From a virus, in IMG/VR virus record IMGVR_UViG_3300050343_000199, positions 1 to 64,000 of that record: a DNA stretch of 64,000 nucleotides, one strand, 5' to 3'. A model generated the notes under the pieces. It saw nothing but the letters and a program-made list of their open reading frames with translations, was not told the origin of the DNA and made no database searches. Shown one piece after another: positions 55,793 through 64,000 of the stretch; positions within the stretch are counted from its first letter, which is position 1, and the number at the start of each line of letters is the position of its first letter. Position numbers and translations under genes: made by a program.

Positions 55793-57559
55793 TCAGAATT
55801 CAATTACTAGCTTAATGTCCTCAATTTGGTCGGGAGCTCTAGTAATCTCTCTTCTATTCTCTATGTATACGATTTCTCCTGAGTTTGGTTCTAATTCAGG
55901 GGATGCAAGACCACCTGTAAATGAGATATCAGAAAGAACCGCATCCTGTGCAGTATCAACCGTTCCGGATGCTGAAGAGGTACTACCAACAACTGCATTT
56001 GATGCATTTGATTCAAATGCTAGAATTTTACCACCATCGGTGTGTAGAGATGCTGATTGATAATACTTCAAAATACCGTTTGTTGCATCCCAAGATACTA
56101 CAGTTCCTTTTGCAGTTCCTCCGGTTACAGTTTGAGTAATCATTTCATCTGCAACATAACCTGCAGTAGCACCATTTAATTTTAGTACTCTTGTACCACG
56201 AAGTGTGCTTGCAGATGCAAATGTACTAGTGCCATACTCATAAGGATCTTGAATAATACCAATACGACGGAAATCATTATCTACAGGGAAGTCTCCTTGT
56301 CCTTCATCATAGGTTAAGCGAATATTAGTCATTACACGCTTAGAAAAGAATTCATCTTCTGCGTGTGACCCATGTCCACCTTCTGGAGAAATAACTGCTT
56401 CAATTGAAGCAGTTCCTGCAAATGCACCAGCAGCTGCCGTGAGACCAGTATCGGTAAATACCGATCCAGTTTCAAGAATAATGTTACCATATGAGTAACC
56501 GGTGCCCTTCGCCTCTACTTCTGTAGATGTAATAGTTCCAGAACCATTAGTTTCAAATTTAATAATTGCTCCAGTACCATCACCCTGAACAGCAGTATAT
56601 AATGTAGCAGAAGCAGGTAATGCAGTTCCTGCATCACGAATTACTGATACATTAATAGATCCATCAACTGCAAGTGCTTCAACTGCAATTCTTGATGCAT
56701 CAGATGTAGAAGCAATAGGCATAAAGTCAGAAGAAAGGAATGAAAGAACATCACTCGTAGGAAGTGTGAACATATGCTTCCAAATGTAACCAGCAGTTGC
56801 TGCTGGTTCTGTGTAGATACCAGTACCAGCATCAAATGTACCCTGACCAGCACTTGGTTGAGATTTTGGTTCGTAGGTAGCGTTTTGTCCTGTTGGATTC
56901 GTGGGGGATTCGCCGTTATATAAACACTTAAACACTTCGTATGAAGAGTTCATTACATAGAACTTTGAATTAGATAGTGTAGAAGACCCTAGTGCAGTTT
57001 CAACGCCAATAGCTCCACCACCACCTGGTGTTGGAGAATAATTTGGACGATACATATCAAATTTTGGATTCAGCGCAAGGTTCCAGTTATAACGGGGAAC
57101 TACAAGACGAGCAAAGGGACCAGTAACTCTCTTGGCAGCAATGAGTTCTTCGTATACAGATCTTTTCTCGGAAAAATTATCCAATGGCATTGGAGGTACA
57201 TCTTCAGTACCGTATCTGTATGTACCACTCTTAGAAGTAGCACCACTAGTTGCACCAGTAATAGTAGTTCCAAATGATGGAGTTGTAGTTGCAGTCGGTA
57301 GAACGGTATTAAGTAGAAGGCTGTTAGAATATGCTGCAGCAACTACACCACTCCATCCACCGCCGCTTACAGTTTCTCCAACTTGAAATGTTCCACTTAC
57401 GTTGAAAATTTCTAAGTAAGCATCCCACCTAGAAGATCTTCCAACGAAGAAATACATTCTGGTACGCGCTGCATCTGCATCGTTCGTACCTTCTGATAAA
57501 GATTCTAGAAATTGCTTCGCATTGAAGATTCTAAATTTTTCTGAAATAATAGCTGCCAT
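55793..57559 (-). CDS. g8: Baseplate wedge protein (gp8)
   Basis: MAAIISEKFRIFNAKQF, VFKCLYNG, GYIWKHMFT, NDFRRIGIIQDP, SGEIVYIENR...EDIKLVIEF. Confidence 0.92.
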   Translation of the reverse strand: MAAIISEKFRIFNAKQFLESLSEGTNDADAARTRMYFFVGRSSRWDAYLEIFNVSGTFQVGETVSGGGWSGVVAAAYSNSLLLNTVLPTATTTPSFGTTITGATSGATSKSGTYRYGTEDVPPMPLDNFSEKRSVYEELIAAKRVTGPFARLVVPRYNWNLALNPKFDMYRPNYSPTPGGGGAIGVETALGSSTLSNSKFYVMNSSYEVFKCLYNGESPTNPTGQNATYEPKSQPSAGQGTFDAGTGIYTEPAATAGYIWKHMFTLPTSDVLSFLSSDFMPIASTSDASRIAVEALAVDGSINVSVIRDAGTALPASATLYTAVQGDGTGAIIKFETNGSGTITSTEVEAKGTGYSYGNIILETGSVFTDTGLTAAAGAFAGTASIEAVISPEGGHGSHAEDEFFSKRVMTNIRLTYDEGQGDFPVDNDFRRIGIIQDPYEYGTSTFASASTLRGTRVLKLNGATAGYVADEMITQTVTGGTAKGTVVSWDATNGILKYYQSASLHTDGGKILAFESNASNAVVGSTSSASGTVDTAQDAVLSDISFTGGLASPELEPNSGEIVYIENRREITRAPDQIEDIKLVIEF

Positions 57560-57595
57560 AGCACTAGTGCCTGTATAGTAAGACTGAATCCGAGT

Positions 57596-57613
57596 TATTT
57601 ATATTTATTTATA
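57596..57613 (-). promoter_or_regulatory. Three overlapping late motifs (TATAAATAAATATAAATA)
   Basis: TATAAATA at 57606-57613 and 57596-57603, ATAAATA at 57602-57608. Confidence 0.8.
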
Positions 57614-60600
57614 GAGCGTTTCTTAAGTAGTCTCCTACTGTATGCAATGCGATAGGCGACCCGTCCGCGCCTCTTGTGCAGTTAATAAAACGATCTGATA
57701 ATTTAGATGTGTAGGAAATTTTTTCCCCACCAATTAAAATGGTTCCTGATGATGGGAATCTTGCAGTATTTGCGTAGACAACTTCTCCAGTAGCAATAAA
57801 TCCAGCATCACCCTGATCGGGTAGATCTGATGTATCTAATTGCGCCATATAATAGTTAATTGAAGAGTACCCTAAGTTAAATGGATACGCGGAAGAAGAA
57901 GAACCGTCAGAGATAATTTCGTATGGTTCTAGTTCAGCAAGTTGAACTTCTGATACTGGATCACCACTTGGAGCAATAATATCTCCAAGATCCATGAATA
58001 TGCTATTTTCCCAATGATTAATATTATTAAAGAATGTCAAATCAACAAGATCGGATGCCCACATTGAGAATCCAACTTCAAAATATTCAGTTACATTAAT
58101 AGATGTTGTAACTAAAATATTATCTGATACTAATTTGGGTTCAATAATAACTAAAATATCTGCATCTGCCTGTGTTGTAGGTCCTGCAATTGAAGTAGAT
58201 CCAGCAAATGGATTGAAGAATTTATATTCACGAGAGACTGTAAACAGAGGAGCAGTATCAACAATACTTTGAATAATTAGTGTAATATCAATGTATTCAT
58301 CTGTAATTGTTACAGAAGGATCTATAATAGCGACTGGTAGATCAATACCCTTAATGATATTAAAGAATGATGCTACTGCAACTGGAGAACTTTGCCCAAT
58401 TTGCGTTCCAATTCCAAGAGTATGAAAAGTATCAATTTTTCTACCAGAACTTTTGATTAAATCATAAGATCTTGCGGTAATTACTTTTGGTGATTTAGTA
58501 TATCCGGATCCTTTTTTAGTTAATACAATATCAACAATTTGACCACCAGAAACAACCACTTCAGCTCTTGCTCCACCACCTTCTTGATTTACGGAGACAA
58601 AATGTAAAATTGGAGGTGAATCATAATCATATGCAGTAGTTGGTTGAATAATACCTTCATCATATAATAATTGTAAATCTCTCCTATTCCATGTTACTTT
58701 AGAAACACTACCATTTTCTATTTCACACGTAACACTAAGACCTACACCTCGTACATTACCATTGTAGTTAGTAGTAGTTACAGAACCAAAGAAAGCATTT
58801 GATACATCTTGACCTGGATTATAATCCTTGGGATTGGTATATCTTGGTAATGCATTTATGGTTCTAAACTCTTTTTCGCCATCAATTCTAATGAGATCTT
58901 TTGCATTTAAATTAGCAAGGAGACGTTTTCTTTCGTAGAAAGACTCATCTGCACGTGGAGTTCCATACAACCAATTGCCGGAATTTCTCTGCATTCTATA
59001 ATCATTATTAGAATCTCTAATAACTTCTATAGTATCTGTAGTTTCACTCAACTCATACTCATCAGAAAAATCAGATTCTCCAGCAAAGAAGATATTGCTA
59101 GTATCTACATTTGGGTTGTTACCTGCTAATGTAATAATTAAAGTTTGACTAGTAGTTGTATAATTTTTAACATTACCAATAAACTTCTTAGTATTACCAA
59201 TTTTTTGATATGCAACTTGGAACTTATCATACGAAGTATTGAACCAAGAAATCCAATCAATAAAGTTATTTGGAGATCCTGCGTCACAAGTAATTTTAAT
59301 TTCGTTATAATAACTATTTCTTTGGAAATCAAATAATGTTACTGTTTGATCAATGTCTCTACCATACAGTAATATAATTTCAACATTGTTTTCTCTAAAG
59401 ATTTTTTTAGTAAATCTAATTGCTGGTCCCGTGATTGTGTAAGAAACACCATTACGTTGAAGGATACCATCTATGAATACATAAGCAAACTTAGGATCAT
59501 CAACAGTTTGTACTTTTTTATTTTTAGAATTTAAAATTAAGAATGGTCCACCAGAACCAGTTAAAATTCCAGATTTTTCAATTTCGCATCTAATGTAGTT
59601 ACCAACACCATGAGCAAAGAATTTTTCAACTGCTAAAGGTTCTTGGACAGTTTTTGTGTTTTCGTCCTGTCCCCAAATAGGTGGTGTGTCAAATACAACT
59701 TTATTTGGTACTGATGTTTTATCAATGGTATATGCAGGATCATGTTGTAATACACCGCTAAGTGCAATAAATAAATTTTCATTTATTTCAGTATCAACCG
59801 CAGTTCCATCTTCATAGTACAATTCAAATATTGTATTCTCTCCATTGATATAGTCTGGGTAAGATATTGTTGAAGTTTGAGGACCTGTTGTCAATGTCTC
59901 ACGTACATTTTCAAACAAAGAATCTAAAGCAGATGCTACTTCCTCACATTCTTTTAATTCACTTAAAAGTAATGGATCTGGAAGGATATTATAATTTGAA
60001 TATGAAGTGAAAGTAGTCCAATATCCTGTGGAATTTGAATTTTGTTCAACTGTATCTATTCTATTAGGTCCACCTTCCAAAATAGATTCAACAATATCAA
60101 TATAAGTTGTTATAGAACTAGCAACTTCAGCACATGCAGGTGAGGATGAATCAATACGAATACTATTATCTTTTACCGATCCCTGATTTCTCATTGCAAT
60201 AATCATTAAATCACGCAATACCTTATGAGCATAAACGGTTTCGTTAAGTTCATCTTTAATATAATTAAGATTTCCGTCAACAAAATAACTCTCTGCAAAC
60301 TCTACAATTTTTCTATTACCACCATACTTTAAACAATAATTTACTGCATCAACTAACAATCCAAGATCTCTAGAACATTTTGTGCTATAATTGGTAGATG
60401 CGAGAGAAAGATACTTTGTATTAATTGCATTGATTGTATCAGTAATCATACTGGACTTATTTTTTTCAATTAATGTTGATGCATCAAAATAAGTACCAAC
60501 ATTCAATCCACTCCAAATAAATGTCATGTCTGCATTACCAGATGGATCTGGTGTTACTGCAACTGAGTTATTACTTACTTGTATAGTTCTACCATCAATA

Positions 60601-63600
60601 ATGTCTGTAATAATAGTTCCATCTGGGAATGATCTTCCCGAACTAACTTTCATACCAATAGCAATATCATCAGTATTAGTCATTGTAACTTGATTAGTTC
60701 CTACTGTCCAAGATACTTGACGATCTGAGTAATCCCAATTTCTTGATGCTAATTTACTTAAACGTACTGCATACTCAAATGCATCAATAGTTGCTTCTAG
60801 TTCTCCCGAAATATAATTAAGTACTCCAGCATTGAAATATTTTTCAACAGCAAACAAAGTTTTTTGATTGCCACCAAATCTCAAGTCATGTTCTAATGCG
60901 TCTAATATAAGACCAATGTCACGATAACATTTTTCACTTAAATTTGTCCATGGAATTGATGTATACTTAGACTTAACATAACCTAAAGTTTCTGATTGAA
61001 TAAATCTTCTGTTTTGGTTAATCTGATTTGCAGCATCTATCCATGTACCACTACGTTGGAAAATATTTTTAATCTTTTTAAGATATTTTTGATTTAATGT
61101 ATCCGATTTAAATTGAAAATTTCTACCATAGAATAGAACCCCTGGAACTGATTGCCCATCTTTATTGGTAGGTCCCAGAGGAGGAGATGCGAAAGTAATT
61201 TTATCTCCGTTTATTGTATACGAGATTCCAGGTTCTTGTAGTATAGCATCCAAGGTAATAGTTAACGCCTGTTCATTGTATGGGTTGACTGAATTGCCAT
61301 TCACATCAACAATATTAAATACAGTTTTTCCTTGTAAATTTCCTTTGTCACCAAAGTTACCATCAAAAGATTCTGTTAAGTAAACTTCAGTAGAAGTAAT
61401 TTCCGAAGTATTAAAAGATTCCGTTGCAACAGAACCAATTCCTTTTTCAACTTTGAAGGAATCCATAAGAACAATACTCTGAGTAATATTCTTTTTGGTA
61501 CTAATAACAGAAATTTTATTTACATCAGGATTCCAAATTTGTACAATACTTGTACCAATAAATTTACTATCACTATTCATTGAAGCATTTGATGCCGATT
61601 CAATCAATACTTCGCCAAAAACTTTAAATCCTGCAGGATGAGTTGTTGACTTGATTAAAGATCTCCAACTATCAATAGAAGTTTTTGATTTAACTAAGTA
61701 TGAATAATCTTGATAATAAAAAGAATCTGTAATTCTTTGATTCTGATCACTTACTTTTCCAGAATCAGATTCAAAGTATCCTTGATTATCATAATAAGTT
61801 TTAATTTGAGGAGAAAACTCAGTATATCTAATAGTTTCTAATATTGCACTTTTGTTTCTAGCAAGACCTTTAATTAGTTTCTTCTGTCTAAAAACACCAG
61901 ATACTCTATCAACACTTAATCTACCAGATCTAAATGAAGTTATTCTTGCTCTTGCCACCTCTACATTATTAATTTCTTGAACAATAGTTTCTCCAATTGC
62001 AAAACAATTCGGATCAAAATTAGACAAAGATAAAATATAATTAGACCTAAATGTTGACGTTAAAGTATTATCTCCATGGAAAGATCCACCTACGTTAATA
62101 ACGTTAATATTTCTAGGGACTCCAATATCATCACTATTAATAAGACATTCAACACTAGACTCAGCAATTTTAACTTCTGGAGCTATAGAATATCCAAACC
62201 CAGAATTTACAACTTCAACACCAGTGATTCTACCTTGGTCTATAATTGCTTTTAATTTTGCATTTCCTTCAACCGAAACAATAGGATTAACATATCCACT
62301 TCCACCGGTTTTTACTGATACTCCAACAATTTTACCATTCTCTATAATAGATGTTGCAGTAGATTTATTGGTGGGCATAATACCCAAAACAGAAGGAACC
62401 TTCTTGTAATCATTACCAATATTAATTACGGCAATAGTATTAATTTTTCCTATTGAAAATTTTGATTTACTAGTATATTCAATTGATCCACTTCCATCAT
62501 TAGTAGCGAGTGTAGCAGTATCGTAAACAACTTTAGTTGGCGTGATATACAATGCAGACTTACTACCCTGCAATGGATCTGGAACTACTTTAATAAAAGA
62601 TCCTTCAGATTGAACATTATTTAACTTATCAAAGTAAAAATATGTCCTAAAAGAAACTTCTGACTTTGTGCTATAGTTATTTGTAGCAATACGTGGACCA
62701 AACCCAAACTTAACATCTAAGACATTGTTTCCTCTAATCGCTTCTAAAGTTTTTAGATTTAAATTTTTGCTAGGTGAAATATCAAATTCAACATCATTCA
62801 TTGATGAGTGGGAAGTATCAAAAATATAACGATAGTCTTCTTTAATTTCAATTAATTGATTTCTCACAAACAAAGTATTATCTAAAGAAAATTCAAAACA
62901 ACGAATCGGATCTTGTACAGAAATTATTCCTGCAAGTCTTTGTTCTTGATCAAAAAATACAGTACTTAGATCAATTGGAGTGATACTATTGACTGTTTGT
63001 CCATAATTGTATACAAACACAATTTTTTGTGTTCTAGAATCATATGAAAAAATACTAGCATCACCAACTGCAGTACCAGGAGAAATAACATAACCGGCAT
63101 TATAAGTTGACACAGTAGCACCATTAAAATGATTTAATGGTGTTGCTCCTCTAGCAACATTAATAGATTTTGTTGAATTGACTACTCGCGATAAAACTGT
63201 AATAACTTCATTTCCAATGCTTAATTTATCACCAGGATTAATTCCTACATTACTACTAAGATTTACAACTGTTTCTGATGAAGAAAGACCAATATGATCA
63301 ACATTAATTTGTACAGCAGGAGTATTAGTATTTGTTTTACTAAGAGCTGTATCTCCAACAGTTAAAACATCAAACAGTTCATAACCAGTACCTTTTTCGG
63401 TTATAGTAACAGATGTTACATTACCGGTAGAAGAAACAACAATATTTGCTTTTGCTCCCGATCCACTACCCCCTACTAATGCAAGGTCATTATATGTGTT
63501 AGTGGTGTAGTCTTCTCCCCCATTTAAGATACTAACTTTTCCAACACCATTGTCGTTTAAAACCCTAGTGATACCAGGGGTTTGTAGCGTTGCTTCTTGG

Positions 63601-64000
63601 TAAACTCTAGATCTTAAATAATATGTTGTTGTAGTGGATGCATCATCCGGATTGATGTCAATATCAATAATATCACTTTCAGCAATACCGTGTGCATCTG
63701 TTGTGGTTAAGATTGCTACATTATCTTTTAAATTGAAGATAATTAAATCATCACTCAGTAAATTAATTGTTATTATTTTAGAACCAGTAGTATTAATTAA
63801 ATCTGAACTTCTTAAAAATAAAGTATCAGATACAACAAAAGAACCAGTAAGAACTTTAATTTTTACGACGTTTTGTTTCGTGGTAGTTTCTAAAACCTCT
63901 CCCGATGCTACTGGAGCACTAAGACCATCAGTAAATTCTAATGTAGCTCCTTTAGTATAAGAAGAGTTTTTATCTAAAAATAGACTAATAACCTTTACAT
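57609..64000 (-). CDS. g7: Giant baseplate wedge initiator (gp7-like), 5' end beyond window
   Basis: I translated the frame upstream of the track's GTG at 63113: it stays open to the window end, so over 2100 aa. YYQDYSY...HPAGFK motif; directly upstream of g8. Confidence 0.75.
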   Translation of the reverse strand, partial: VKVISLFLDKNSSYTKGATLEFTDGLSAPVASGEVLETTTKQNVVKIKVLTGSFVVSDTLFLRSSDLINTTGSKIITINLLSDDLIIFNLKDNVAILTTTDAHGIAESDIIDIDINPDDASTTTTYYLRSRVYQEATLQTPGITRVLNDNGVGKVSILNGGEDYTTNTYNDLALVGGSGSGAKANIVVSSTGNVTSVTITEKGTGYELFDVLTVGDTALSKTNTNTPAVQINVDHIGLSSSETVVNLSSNVGINPGDKLSIGNEVITVLSRVVNSTKSINVARGATPLNHFNGATVSTYNAGYVISPGTAVGDASIFSYDSRTQKIVFVYNYGQTVNSITPIDLSTVFFDQEQRLAGIISVQDPIRCFEFSLDNTLFVRNQLIEIKEDYRYIFDTSHSSMNDVEFDISPSKNLNLKTLEAIRGNNVLDVKFGFGPRIATNNYSTKSEVSFRTYFYFDKLNNVQSEGSFIKVVPDPLQGSKSALYITPTKVVYDTATLATNDGSGSIEYTSKSKFSIGKINTIAVINIGNDYKKVPSVLGIMPTNKSTATSIIENGKIVGVSVKTGGSGYVNPIVSVEGNAKLKAIIDQGRITGVEVVNSGFGYSIAPEVKIAESSVECLINSDDIGVPRNINVINVGGSFHGDNTLTSTFRSNYILSLSNFDPNCFAIGETIVQEINNVEVARARITSFRSGRLSVDRVSGVFRQKKLIKGLARNKSAILETIRYTEFSPQIKTYYDNQGYFESDSGKVSDQNQRITDSFYYQDYSYLVKSKTSIDSWRSLIKSTTHPAGFKVFGEVLIESASNASMNSDSKFIGTSIVQIWNPDVNKISVISTKKNITQSIVLMDSFKVEKGIGSVATESFNTSEITSTEVYLTESFDGNFGDKGNLQGKTVFNIVDVNGNSVNPYNEQALTITLDAILQEPGISYTINGDKITFASPPLGPTNKDGQSVPGVLFYGRNFQFKSDTLNQKYLKKIKNIFQRSGTWIDAANQINQNRRFIQSETLGYVKSKYTSIPWTNLSEKCYRDIGLILDALEHDLRFGGNQKTLFAVEKYFNAGVLNYISGELEATIDAFEYAVRLSKLASRNWDYSDRQVSWTVGTNQVTMTNTDDIAIGMKVSSGRSFPDGTIITDIIDGRTIQVSNNSVAVTPDPSGNADMTFIWSGLNVGTYFDASTLIEKNKSSMITDTINAINTKYLSLASTNYSTKCSRDLGLLVDAVNYCLKYGGNRKIVEFAESYFVDGNLNYIKDELNETVYAHKVLRDLMIIAMRNQGSVKDNSIRIDSSSPACAEVASSITTYIDIVESILEGGPNRIDTVEQNSNSTGYWTTFTSYSNYNILPDPLLLSELKECEEVASALDSLFENVRETLTTGPQTSTISYPDYINGENTIFELYYEDGTAVDTEINENLFIALSGVLQHDPAYTIDKTSVPNKVVFDTPPIWGQDENTKTVQEPLAVEKFFAHGVGNYIRCEIEKSGILTGSGGPFLILNSKNKKVQTVDDPKFAYVFIDGILQRNGVSYTITGPAIRFTKKIFRENNVEIILLYGRDIDQTVTLFDFQRNSYYNEIKITCDAGSPNNFIDWISWFNTSYDKFQVAYQKIGNTKKFIGNVKNYTTTSQTLIITLAGNNPNVDTSNIFFAGESDFSDEYELSETTDTIEVIRDSNNDYRMQRNSGNWLYGTPRADESFYERKRLLANLNAKDLIRIDGEKEFRTINALPRYTNPKDYNPGQDVSNAFFGSVTTTNYNGNVRGVGLSVTCEIENGSVSKVTWNRRDLQLLYDEGIIQPTTAYDYDSPPILHFVSVNQEGGGARAEVVVSGGQIVDIVLTKKGSGYTKSPKVITARSYDLIKSSGRKIDTFHTLGIGTQIGQSSPVAVASFFNIIKGIDLPVAIIDPSVTITDEYIDITLIIQSIVDTAPLFTVSREYKFFNPFAGSTSIAGPTTQADADILVIIEPKLVSDNILVTTSINVTEYFEVGFSMWASDLVDLTFFNNINHWENSIFMDLGDIIAPSGDPVSEVQLAELEPYEIISDGSSSSAYPFNLGYSSINYYMAQLDTSDLPDQGDAGFIATGEVVYANTARFPSSGTILIGGEKISYTSKLSDRFINCTRGADGSPIALHTVGDYLRNAL

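Noticed and set aside
57609-63113. GTG start at 63113 for the large baseplate gene
   Set aside because: The frame is open with no stop through the window end, so the true start is outside the window.
1114-63960. All plus-strand ORFs in the track
   Set aside because: Antisense shadows of well-supported minus-strand genes with no recognisable domains.
1-64000. tRNA or large ncRNA genes
   Set aside because: Intergenic gaps are under about 90 bp and no cloverleaf or T-loop signature was seen; tRNAscan-SE/Infernal would be decisive.

Overview
A 64-kb slice of the virion-structural region of a T4-like marine cyanobacterial myovirus (Kyanoviridae-type). All credible genes are on the minus strand. 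In transcription order: a 5'-truncated giant baseplate-wedge gene (g7-like), g8, a 2705-aa DUF4815/VrlC-like protein, about 36 kb of fibre/adhesin/structural genes, g13-g14-g15-g16, an accessory island between g16 and g17 (2OG-Fe(II) oxygenase, petE, a stand-alone degenerate 6PGDH NAD(P)-binding domain, an SNase-like nuclease, many small ORFs), g17 and a 3'-truncated g18. About 15 intergenic (N)ATAAATA late-promoter loci support the gene starts. I found no tRNA, CRISPR array, reverse transcriptase, integrase, intron or intein. The most interesting structure is the appendage block. Five gene types occur as pairs sharing N-termini or cores but diverging elsewhere, suggesting alternative receptor-binding tips on shared shafts. 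Two fibres carry cupredoxin-like domains with a complete type-1 copper ligand set. One fibre has two collar+HxH metal-needle modules (13 HxH motifs), the internal one flanked by a 59-bp exact in-frame repeat. Family assignments come from motif recognition by eye, not from searches.
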